Shown here in pieces: positions 27,128-39,879 of a stretch of DNA of 64,000 nt. The translations under genes were made by a program, and so were the position numbers. Position 1 is the first letter of the stretch; the number at the start of each line of letters is the position of its first letter. The notes under the pieces were generated by a model that was not told the DNA's origin, made no database searches, and worked only from the letters and a program-made list of their open reading frames with translations. The DNA lies in assembly GCA_003344405.1 (NCBI GenBank), contig NOWV01000196.1:1-64000 (forward strand), given 5' to 3'. The DNA comes from Trichoplax sp. H2 (taxonomy: Eukaryota).

Positions 27128-28340
27128 AGCTGTGATTAACCTTTAGTTAAAGTTAACATTCAATTTAAACTGTACAAGATTTTCCGTAGAATACGATTTA
27201 TACGTAATATTAAATTGACCTAGCCAATCTCGACTTTCTTTCGTATGCCTTTGAATGGCTTTGACTAATAAGATGATAACTTGAATAGATGAGAATTGAA
27301 CTTATTGTGGAAGATTTCAATCTAATCAATTGCTCGCGTCTGATCTTAGCGTTAATACGCCTATGAAAACTTACAAAATTTAAGCTATAGTCACTGTCGT
27401 CGAAATTAGAGTCAACAAAGCTAACAGAAGTAACCTGATCATTACAGGCTATACTAAATCGTTAGCAACCAATGAAACGGGATAAGTACCAGTAAAACTA
27501 AAAGATTGCAAAAAGCAATAAATGGAAACCGTAAACTAGTGTAGTAAAGACCATCATAATTATTCTATAAAGAGATAGATAGTTTTATCGAGCTAATTCA
27601 AGTCATTCTTTAAATTTTAGTCAATTAATTTATCATAATAATAACTAGCATTGATCTATTTTCGATTGCCCTACTCATACAATAACAATGGGTGGTCACC
27701 GAATGTTAACTACTCTCCAATTGCATATCCTTCATGATTCTAACCAACTTGTTGCTAGCAAAATTATATGTTGGGCATTATCTTTGCAAAACTGATATAA
27801 TCTACAGTATACTGAGGTTAATAATTAGAATTTATGGAACAAACATCAATCAGTCTCTCTCATCAACCCCAAACAAGTTGTTTACTTCACGATCGTCATA
27901 GTATTCAATAATTAAATAATATACGTGTACAGTGGTGGAAGAAAAATAGCTTCTTCTAGATCACTCTGTATGGGAGCCCTGTTTAATTTAAGTGAAAGTC
28001 TTTATCTATTTAGTACAATGGAATAGTTGGATAGCATAAGTGAATTCAATTATTGCATAAAAGCCTTCGTCCATTTCGTACAATAAATCAGTTGGATCAT
28101 GCAAATAAAATAAGCGAAGAATCCCAGCACAAAACAATGGAGATAGCGTGCATTGATACACTTTTACAATAGAGAAGCTCTGAAGATCGCTAATTCTCTG
28201 CATGGCCGCCAAAATGCCGGCGGGTATATATAGCGGTATTTGTAATTTTTTCCATTTGAAGGAGTGTTGTGTACCGCTGTGATAAGACTGGCGGATAGAG
28301 TTAATCGGATTAGTTTATTAGCGTTGTTGTGTTCCTTAAA

Positions 28341-28404
28341 TTTAAGCTTGCTTTACAAGAGCAGTTTGTGTTTTATGTAAAGCAAGTTTTAAGCTTGCTT
28401 TACA
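28341..28404. repeat. 17-bp direct repeat with an intervening inverted 11-bp copy (alternative hairpins)
   Basis: tttaagcttgctttaca at 28341-28357 and 28388-28404; tgtaaagcaag (reverse complement of cttgctttaca) at 28376-28386. Confidence 0.9.
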
Positions 28405-29748
28405 GCTTGATTGACAATAACAGCAAGTGTTATAACAGTAAGCGGTAATTTGCCGTTCGTATCTCAATTAATTAATCAAGTTATTAAGTTTTTTAAATTG
28501 TTTTATTACAAAATATGTTAACCACAAATTTCTCACTATACTGCAATAGAAGTTACTGTAATGCTTTCAGGCGTTAAAGTTTAAGCTATTTATCACTCAA
28601 CGATCAAGCGATCAACGGCCAAAATTATGAAAATTGTATATTTTCAGCCGCACGGCCAACATCTAAATAACGATCAGATGATGTCGCTGGTTATTCAGTT
28701 ACAGGCTTTATACAGAAAATGCTTCACTAGCAGCAGTGACTTGCCAACCATCTATAAAAAAAACTAGCTGAAATGCAATCTATAATAACCCAAAAAGCAT
28801 TACTGGTTCCGACCCTTACATGCATAGCTATGGTAAACAGATACTAGATAGACCAAATTAAGATCTAGAACATCACTTAATATAAACGTACATTCCATAT
28901 ACGGTACATATAGATATACAGACAGACTAAAATTTGATGGGGAGGTTAATCAATGGGTGGCCCAGATTTCGCCTAGTACAGTACTGTCAGCAATCGCGAT
29001 CCAAGCTAAACTTGAGCCGAGCAGTTGCTTCGTATCCTAAAATCTCTGCGAACTAACAACGATCCTTAAGCAGGTTTATTAACAGTCTAATCTTACTAAT
29101 CTGCTGATTTCTACATTTCCACGCATTAGTATTCTACTTATTTATCGGTGCAGAATGAAAATTCATAATATACACGTAGATTTGTATAGTCTCTTCTTTT
29201 CCTCACTTTATTTCCTCAGTGAATCTGAAGATACTTATTTACAGCATACATTCAATCCAGACAAGGTAAACTCTGCCTGATTGAACTTAATTTTGTTTCT
29301 ATATTTATTCTCAGTTTTCTAGTAAGTTAAATGAAAATATTGGTTTTCAAGTTGTATTTTACGACGAAAGCATCTTCCATTCGGTCAATTTCTACTATTG
29401 GCCTCGCTAGCCCTGTAATCTCTCGTTTCATGAGAAAGTCTTCTTGTATATCTACTTTATTTACGATTTAATTCAGATATAGATTAACCTTACGCTAATT
29501 TATTAGTAATGAAAGGCTTGCTTAAAAGACTTAAAATTAAAATAAGCTTTAAAGGAAAAATATTGTAGTTGCTAGCATTAGTTAGAATGCCCAACAACAC
29601 TATTACAAAAAATAGGCTCATTTTTGATTCCATTGCTTCTCTACTGAGAAGAATTTCAATGCATAAATAGAGGATAAGGGTTGACTATTTCTTATTTAAT
29701 CTCTGATATAGGCAATATTCAAGTACCAGACCGAACTGAAAATAAGAT

Positions 29749-32700
29749 ATGGGGATAATTTGTGCATGCTGTAAGAGACAGGTAAATAATCGAATATTCC
29801 TGGCTGTTGCGTTGATAACTACAGCACTTGCAAAATTACTATCGCCGTGTCAAATAGTATGCCATGAGTCTATTATATCAACATTTTAACAAGACTACAA
29901 CTGCGGTTATATGTATGAATTACACGATTAGCCACGACTATTGCTGATAGACCCCAGTGAAGATTTAGATTTTGATATACAAGCTGAGGTATATTATATT
30001 TCCATCGCTTATAGCATAGTACCAAATAAATGCAACAATTCATGATAAACAATTATTTAAGTTCTTCCGTTCAGATATTGATACATGTAAATTGAATACG
30101 TAAACGGTTATAGGATATAAAGAGGGGCACAAACTATTTTTCCTATAAAAACAGGATTGGTGCAGGTGGCTTTGGAGAAGTCTATCGAACTGAAACATTA
30201 TCTTATGGCATTCTTGCCGTCAAAAGAATGAAAGAGCAATTAGTAAGCAATTTCTGCAAGTGGTATTGAAATAACTTACCTAGAAATTTTAATGTCTAAT
30301 AATTTTAATTTATTTATGAAACGAATCAATTCTATTAATTAATATATTTTTAATGACTTTTTGACATCTTATTCTGCTATCTATTGGCGAATATGGTAAA
30401 GCTTACAGTAAATGATCTACTAGAATGTCAAAATATAATCCAGTAAGTCTCGACTACTCGTTTATTTGATTTTGTACAGTACCATTAGTTAATGTACTGT
30501 ATATCTTAGTTCTAGTTTATAAAATAAAGACCACGATTACGTATTTAGACTAATTTATGATAGGAGTTTCCTTTAGAACTACATTTACAGTACACCTTAT
30601 CATTTCATTAGGCACCTGTAAAAAAGAGTATGATTGTTTATGTAGGCTGAGTTGAGATAGCATTTTCTTTTAGAACTATACTTGCTGTATACTGTATACT
30701 TTAAATTGAATACATGGTTAAACGCTTGTATGATAATGCTTCTATATTTATTAAGATTCTACAGCACTAAGACATTTACTACTGGCTTCTAGATATAGAC
30801 ATACTAATCTCGTCTGCTTGTTTTCCGCCTTGATGGTTGACAACCACTTTTGCATGGTGATGGAATACGTAGCAAATGGCAGTTTAAGATCAAAATTGAA
30901 GGCAAAGGTAAATTGACGCTTTAATAGTAATTTAGAGGAATATTTCCAAATTACTCTAACCCTATTAATGGGAATATTACGATTGTTACTCAAAATCATG
31001 ACCTTTTAATAAGATTGATGATGACACATAAATTATTTTATGTTAACCGTAACATAGTAATTACTTCTTCGATACTATAGTAGTAATTGTTCATAGCTTG
31101 AGTAGAATCAATTATAATTACTGCAATTTTACTGATTCCAGGATGAAAATTTAGACTATTCGGTTAGGCTACAAATTTGCAGAGGCATAGCAGAGGGAAT
31201 CAATTATCTACATACAGCGTTCATGACATATCTTGTACACAGAGATATTAAATCTGATAATATATTGCTTACGGAAGACTATACTCCCAAAATATGCGAT
31301 TTCGGCCTGGCAAAAATATTATCTGCAAGAATAGATCATGGAAATAGTGCTATATTTACTGAAACTATATGTGGGACTGAACCTTACTTACCTCCAGAAT
31401 CATTTCAAGGAATAGTCTCACGGCGTTTTGATGTCTATAGCTATGGAGTTGTACGTATATTGACCTAATAGTCAACAATCTAATCTATAGAAGCTCGTAA
31501 CTATCAGTTATTCTGTATCAAATATCTGGCAGGTGTTACTAGAAATTATATCAGGAAAACCAGCAACCTTTAGTGATCTGGAAGGGTGTCGCTTCTTGGT
31601 ATGTCTGTATTCATGTACTGTACTAAAACTATAACATTGAATAATGTCTATGCAACGCGAATATGATACAACTAATGTTTTATACATTTAACTACAAATA
31701 ATATGACACCCTTAAAGTAGAATCATTGATACAATCGGTGTTAGTTAGATTTCTACCATAAAATATAGTACTATTAACTAACTGCAGTGTAAAATCATTT
31801 TAATTATTGTTAGTAGCTACTTTATAGGAAGTAGTTTGATATTTTTAGCCTTATATAAGCCAAAATTGACTTAAGTAGAGATGCTCGAGTCTGGTATAAA
31901 TTTTTATGAACATTGCACTTTATTCTAAAATGGCCTGTCCTCTATTATAAATAAATCTCAGAGCTTGAACATACTTTATTCAAAAAATATTGTTGCCTGA
32001 ATTTAGCAAACAAATATTTCAATAATCTCTACGCAGGCTTAGCTAAAATAATAATTTGATCGAAGGGCTTAGGTATACATGATTCAGAAAATATTTTAGC
32101 TTAGATTTGACCAGTAACTGTTCTAATAATCCCTGTGTGGGCCCAGCTAATCTAGTTTTTATTCAAGGTTGCTGCCGTTCACGATTTGAAAATAACTATC
32201 AAATGAAGTTGTAAAACACTTATTGATCCTCTAATTTTTGCTTTTGATGAGTATTTTTGTTAATTTGTATAAATACGAAATTAAGGCAATAATTCCTACA
32301 GTACGATGGTATATAAAACTATAGTTGGTGTGCTTTCTTATCTATCAATTATACTGTTAGTCAAACTTTTCATAACTTGATAGACAATATAGAATAGTGC
32401 TAGAGCAATTCGCTGTAAGTATTGGTGAGTGATGAGCGCATTGTTTAGTAATATGAACTAAGACAAAATATTATTCGAAAGGGATTTCTTTAAACATTTT
32501 ACAGCATGCTTTAGTCTTTACCGATGCCTTTTCATGGTCTACCTCCAAATTTTATCATATATTTGCTTCATCTTTGATAATATAATTAATTAGTTGTAAA
32601 ATCTTTTTCATTGATTAAAATGATAGAAAAATCTGATCTATAAACTTTAGTTTTATAACAATAGTGAAAAATTCACTATTCTAATCCGCTTGTAATGCTA

Positions 32701-33035
32701 TCATTATTCAATGACCACTAGGCCAATTACTTTCTTCATTGTTACAATCATGATAAATCAACGTTTCCAATCGCTGAAACGGCTCCTTGGCCTAATAATA
32801 TTAAAAAAAAACTAATGAAACTTGCAAAGAACTGTCTTAAGCGCAATTACAGAGACAGACCTCAAATGGATAAGGTCAGAAGCTATAGTAATCTTACGCT
32901 CGATTTTATCGTAAAGAATACTTTTATTATCTAATTTATTTTTATTTTAAGGTGACTACTAAACTTGCAAAGATCAATTTAATGCAAGATAATTCTCCTG
33001 ACAGTAAACTGACAAGGTTCTTCTCGCGCATTTAA
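29749..33035 (+). CDS. K4: Pelle/IRAK-like Ser/Thr kinase, catalytically intact, 9 exons
   Basis: Exons 29749-29781 (MGIICACCKRQ), 29932-29988, 30114-30242 (IGAGGFGEVY..LAVKR), 30402-30442, 30793-30907, 31142-31450 (HRDIKSDN, DFG, LPPE), 31533-31598, 32722-32874, 32952-33035. Confidence 0.92.
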
Positions 33036-34914
33036 ATTAGTAGTAGACTATAATATGAGCTGTCTCATAAATATATGTGGTATTTGCAATCTTTCGTACT
33101 GAATCATATATTTGAATACAGATTTTTGCGTTTAGCCCTACTATAGCGCATTCCTTACTGTTTCTTTTCACTGACTACAATTATTTGCTATTATCTAGAT
33201 TATTCTGATATTCGTGCATTATAATTTAGAATTCTACTGTCTTAATCTCTTCACGTGTTCTTTTCCAATAGTATAATATCATAACGCTAACTTTTACTTC
33301 ATGTCTTACTTATTATTGCGGTTATTGTAGTTACTAGCGCTACGTACGCGTAGTTATTACTATCTTTACTTATGACAGCTTACATGTCGAACTAAAAAAC
33401 AATCTTCATTTTTAGATGATTTACAGTATGAATAAAAACCTCTTTCTTAAATAAAATGTCTTGTGTTGATCTCTTATGGCTATAAAATCCACTTCTACTA
33501 ATTTTTTGGAGCTCTTATTACCTTTGCATACAAGGTCTCATTAATAAACTAATGCAAGACCTAAGCGTCGGCTAAAATATATTTAATGACATGACATGAA
33601 GTATTATCTGATTAATACATTGTATCCAAATTATTTTAAAAATCACAGCTGTTCGATTACAGTAATAAGATTAATATAACATGAAATTGTTTAGCTGAAG
33701 TTTGATGCTAGTAGAAATCTTTAATTATTGAAATAAAGCACCTTAATATTGGACCCGATAGATAGCCTAAGTCGGATGACCTAATAAAAATTGTACCCAT
33801 AATGAATCGAGACAAGTCTTAATATAGTAAAAATGTCATTAAACTATCCTAATATGTTAAATATGGATAAGACTGATGATACATTATATACTGGTACCGC
33901 AGCTTACTAGTATTTATATAATGGATATAATTAAATGTTGGCATGTTAAATTAATACTAATCAATTATACCATGATTCAATTCCTAAATATAATATAATT
34001 TTGTATTTAATATATATCGGAATTGTGGAGGATGCAACCATAAAAGTCGTAACATCTAAATTAATGTATATAATCAGCTTTTACATATATACTAGCGGCA
34101 TTCAATAAAGGTATCATTAGTAGCGTAAGAAGTATTACCCAAAAGTAGATATACCATTGAAAGAATTCTGTATTTTACTAAAATTTAACCTATTTTTTCA
34201 AGTCAGTATCAGATATTATAGCCTCAACTATTGAAATTGAATAGGTGTGATTATGGATACACTCCTAGAACGTTCATTTTCTCAGCAAAATGCCAATAAC
34301 TACATGAAAGTATCTAATTTAAAAAAGTGGGAAATACTAACTGATACTGTATATCCATTAAGCGTGTTCTTGGCAAACCTACATCATGTATATGTTAGTT
34401 TATATAATTTAAATAGACTAAAGAGATTAAATTTTATTCAATACAAAATCTTAACACCGCCAAAGCTTTAATATTGTGGGAGAGAAATACAGACTCAGAG
34501 CAATAGTATTCCAAATGTTTTAATATAGTTCAATGAATCCATATAATCTAATCTTACTTTTAGCCAATTACATAGTTTAGGCAATTTATCAGTATTCGTA
34601 TAGCAAAAATCCAATTTTACAAGCTTGATTATTTAATAATCACTTTATTTTGTACTGTAATTACTGCATTTGAAATCGCTTTTTTAATAACTAAAATCGT
34701 TCATTAGGAAAAAATCATTAGTGCATAGGATAAAAACAAACGATTTCGAATATTGGGACTACTTCATTTATTTATAACTTCGAATTTACTAGATATTAAA
34801 TTTTGTAACTACTTTTACAGCAAATCTATGGATCTAGCTTACTATCTACGCATAATCTTTACTTATCGCCACTTTTTATTATTGCATATTGAAATGAGAT
34901 ATAACAATTCAGTA

Positions 34915-37556
34915 CTACTTATCCATCTTATTCAATAACTGCTGACAACATTCATATACCTAAAATCCAAATGTAAATATTCACTTTAAAATCAAATGTA
35001 ATAACTTCATCTAGTTCTAATTTGGTCTTACTTTTTGGATACTAGGTCGATCTTGAGCAGTTTCATTAAGACAATCGGAAGCTAAATTTAAGAGTTTTTT
35101 CCTTGGACGATAAGTATATAATACACTAATTTGTTTCTTCCATGATATTCTTTTATCTTTAAGGTATTTCCAGTTCTTATAAGGAGTATTTAACAAGTAC
35201 TCTTTCTCTTAATGAAAATAGATAACTCACTAAAATGATTTAAACTAGCCATATGTACAACATCTAAAAACATTTTCAATTTTTGCAAGACTATAGATAT
35301 TAGCACAGCTAACCAGCATAGATGGTCTCCTGTCTCTTGTATAAATCGATTTTCCGGAAACTACAACTAGGCAAATCTAACTCCAATAGCAAGCGAAAAA
35401 TATCATTAAATCTTTATGTGTAGTTCAATCCAGCTTTAAGTATGGCTTAATTATTTTTGCTTACCGCCCCAAAGCTAAATATATCATTAGAGAAAGTAAC
35501 TGTTCCAGCTAGAGCTTCTTCGCAACAGTAGCCCATCTTATCAATTTGGCAAGGTAAAGTTAACTGCGACTGCCTGATAATATTGCGATATATGCATCCG
35601 TCCGATAACTTTGCCACTCCTCTTTCATCTATCAAAACATTTGCACTGATAAAAATGAACATTTTTAATTCTTACATTGGTAAATACAAACATTCATGCA
35701 TAGCAATTGCCAGTAAATTATTTGAATTACCACTTTAAATTATTGTGAACTAATTTACATTCGTGTAAATGGTGTAAGCCTTTTGCTATATCACGTAATA
35801 TGGACAATCGCTCCTTACACTTTGGTAAATAAGTACTCTAAGATAATTTAAAATTTCTTTAGCAGCTTTGAAAACGTCGATAGATAGGAGAAATTAGCTA
35901 TTTAGTAAGAATTATACGAAACTGTTGCTGCTAATCTCGTCTCTAGCGAATGAGGCAAAAATTCCTGTAGTAAGCCTCCAAGCAGTGGATAGTAAGCATA
36001 GACATTTCTGATATTTCCATGCTTTAGTCTATTAGTACAAATAAAGCTTCAATGATCATGCTAATAAAATTACCTATGGAATCCTTATTAAGCATTAAAA
36101 TACCAGTAGAATTATAATAAACCTACAGCGGTAATAAGATCAGTTTTTGCAGTACTCTTTTATAAAGTCTATACGTATAACTAGAGCTTACCGTAGTAAA
36201 TCATTGATTATATTTATGTTTTCATCAAGATAATTTCGCACGACCTAAGAAAAATTCAAAGAGGTATCACATAACTATACAAATTAAAAGCTGGCTTCCA
36301 AGTGCTATAATTCACTACCACTATGAAATTTGGAGCCATATCCTGAATCAGATGCTATTAAAAGTTTTGTGTTAGATTTCAAGCTTACTATAAGAAATAT
36401 TCACAGCTTTAAAAGTATGTCACGTAGCATGACCAATAATTATAATAGATAGTAAGGAAATTAAAGATCATATCCTATTCGAATATGGCTTAGCTAGCTA
36501 CTGACTGCAATACTGGAGAGATTAAAAAAATGCTACTACAGTATACCGCATTCAACATAGCTACGATAGGCAATAAACTGTCCATTTAGGTATAAAATCT
36601 GTGTTACGTGAGAGCAAATGAAATCTAAGATTACAAATATGATTCGATTCTCGGCGTAATTCGATTACTATTGAGCAAAAGCAAAACAGGCTATCTAAGA
36701 ATTTGTCATTAATTAGCAAATTCCTGAAATTTGGTTATAAATGTGTTTATATTTAATTCATGATGAAAAACTGTGTTGATATTTAGCAGAATTAATCCCT
36801 GTAATAATCGTGATACTAATCGGGAAAAAGAACGATGTTAAATTATAACTTCTCCTGATGAATTAGATGCTATTGAACAAGAATTGGATTTCTTGTAATC
36901 GAAAGTAAAGATTTATCTTGTTTCAAGAAATTATGCACCTCACTATTCCATTTCTTAAAAGCATATAACTTTCTATCCGAAACGATTTCATAAGTAGTAC
37001 TAAATGGGCCTGACCAACCTTGATTTTCTCTCATAAATTGTCGAATAACCTTAATTGATATGCATAATTGAATAGTTAAAAGTTGATCATATTATAGTAG
37101 ATCTAAAATTTATGAAATTATTCACGCGTAGGCTAACTTAATTTTGAATACGGAAGTAAAAACTTACAGAAATTGGTACGGGATTCATGATGTTGCCACT
37201 ATCGTCGTCGATATATGAGTTAACAGAGAAATTTGAAGTAGCTGGATCAATATAGACTACACTAGGTTTAAAGTTCGAGCAGAGCAATCGCCAACAGGAC
37301 TACAAGATTGCAAAATATTATCAATGAAATCGAAATAGGGAATTATTACAGTTAAAAATGTCGTCATAAGCATATACAGACATAATTTGAAAGTACAGAC
37401 CTAAAGTATTTTTTCTAATTTTCAATAGTATTTGTTGACTAGGAATCTATTTTAAAATCAATACTAACTTAACTAATTCGTTCACTTTGTCAATTTACTT
37501 ACACAACAGCAAGTATTATCTTCATCTTGATTACTAATAAAGTAATTCTCTTCCAT
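34915..37556 (-). CDS. P3: P-clade pseudokinase, 10 exons
   Basis: First exon 37556-~37503 (MEENYFISNQDEDNTCCC), then SCWRLLCSNF.., GWSGPFSTTY..YAFKKW, VVRNYLDEN.., LKHGNIR.., VHNNLKC^ANVLI..AKLSDGC..MGYCCEEAL..NDIFSFGA, SYKNWKYLKD, and last exon 34959-34915 (VYECCQQLLNKMDK*). Confidence 0.87.
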
Positions 37557-39879
37557 GTCCTCCTTCGGTACTTTGTTGAAAAATGATCATAGGCAATACT
37601 GGAGTTAATGAATACTAAATAAACACTAATCAAGTCATATGATTAATCCCAAAGTAACATCAATATCATGTATCAAGAAGAATAATAACAGATCTCGTGA
37701 TTAAATTAAATAATTATCTGATTTTAATACATTCAATACGTCATGTCAACTAGCTAATTGTAGCAATAAATTAATACTGAGTGGAAATAAATGTAATTCC
37801 GCGATGGGAGAGATGAGACTGCATAATGAGTGAAGTCGTCGAGTTTCTTCAGTCGATGCGTTCTTATTAGAGCAAATCAGTTCATATATTACAAAAAATC
37901 GGTGAAATGTTGTAGCTGCTTGTAATTTATGTTCGTGATAGTATTTAGTTATAAATAATTACTGTACAGTACATTCATGAACGCTTAAATACATAGATAG
38001 TAGATGTAGTCACGGTATTGGCTATCAGTTTAGCGATCAAGATTGCTCTCAATTGAAAGTAAACTATTTTTCTAGTTTAGAGAGAATGAAACCGTTATGC
38101 AGCATAGAGAATTATATCTGCCTTCAAGTAGAATAAATGCTCTATTTGATCAAACTTTCAGATATACTCTCTGACTGTATTAGCTACACTGATAGCACTT
38201 ATAAATCGATCCATGTAAATTATCTTTACTTTAATGAAATTTGGGAAAATTTAGTTAGAAATAGAGTTATCAATTTAAAAAGGGGATTATAAAAGCTAAA
38301 GGACATGTTCAGAAATTACAGAAATGATTTATAGCGAGAAGAAATGTTCGTAGAAAATCTGCGATCTTCTCGCTTAAATGGTAAAAATCATCACGATCTG
38401 AAAACGTAAAATTCCCAAAAATGACCGAAGTAATTCACGTTATTTTACATTATAAAAAAAAAATCAGAAATCTGATAAACCCCTTTATATTTTTGTATGA
38501 CAATCATAAGAAGTGTATAACGCAATAAATCTAGAAAATAGAATGAGGAAATCATTTATTGGCTTATAGTACAAGAATAGTAAAAAGTTGGCAAGTCTTG
38601 AATTTTAATCTTAAAATTAGATAGAAAAGTTAGACAACAGTATAATAAGAAGATGCGAACAATGTTCTAACATCTTAAAGAGAAATTAGCAATCAAATAA
38701 CGCATCAAAATAACAGCCAATAAAAAAATCTTCACAATCAAGATTAAATGTTGAATAAGCCAAGAAATAAGGAACACTCATGGTAGTTATGGCTCTTTAA
38801 ATTATTCAATTTCATAATTGCAACCTTCCGTTAGCGACATATTTATTCTGTTTCTTGACAGTCGCTAAGCTTTGATCGATTATAATGACTTCATAAGTTC
38901 TCTTTTCTATATCAATATTTCAAAACCTGAAACATAGCTCAAGCTAAACTTCAGCATCTTTAATCTTGTCTGCGATATATAGCTTGAACCATGGTATATT
39001 GAAATGTAGTCAGTTTAAATCTAGTGCAAAGAATATTGTAAACTGTTTTGATTCTTTGTAAACCAAGTGTAGAAGATTTAAGCTTTCTATAAATTAATCA
39101 TAAGGCTTGCTTATGCAAATTTGAAACTGTATTTACTATTATAGGATGAAGATAAACTGCAATTTCTTGATATTCCAGCCAATAAACTCCATTTTACTTC
39201 TATCCTAATCATTCATAAATCTATCTTCTATTATATCAGTTTGTAATGATTGAAATTTTATTCCTTAAGAATTATAGCAGAGATGGAGCTAGCCCAACTT
39301 GATACAGCATGTAAGTGAATTCTATTCCAACAAGATAATCAGATTCAGATATTTTATAAATGGTTCGATCAAAATTATGTATTCCTATGTGATATACATA
39401 CGCATTATTGGAATAAGCTTAAATTTAAATAAAATTCTATTTGGTGCATTTTATCAAGTATCAAAATAAGTTTTTGTTAGATCGATGACTCAATTAAAAG
39501 GATAATATCTTTGAGCACGATGATTTAAAGATTTATGTATTAGCTTAGTAGTTAATTTCTGAGGTGAAGCACAATAATATACGGTATCCACTATAGATTT
39601 TGTGTATTATTTTAAACATTTAAAAAATAATTATGCATTGAACATTAATAAGTTAGCAAAAGGTAACAAATTTTAGCAACTAATTCAGTTGTGGTGATAT
39701 TGTATACCTTTTTTGCAGTGAATTGAACATACTCTTTACCATTACAGTAATAAAGTAAATTACAAACTTAAATTTAAGCTTTGCCTTGGATATCTATTAA
39801 TAGAAGAAAAATATTTTGTAAAAGGTAGTCAATACTAAGCGTGCAACAACGATTGATAAAAGTTGGAGGTTAAGATTTG

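Noticed and set aside
30751..30999. Similar antisense ORFs at 11228-11455 and 30751-30999
   Set aside because: Shadow ORFs of the homologous kinase exon 5 on the opposite strand.
37600..39850. Search for a missing K partner between P3 and P4
   Set aside because: No kinase exon remnants recognisable by eye; TBLASTN would be needed to exclude a decayed copy.
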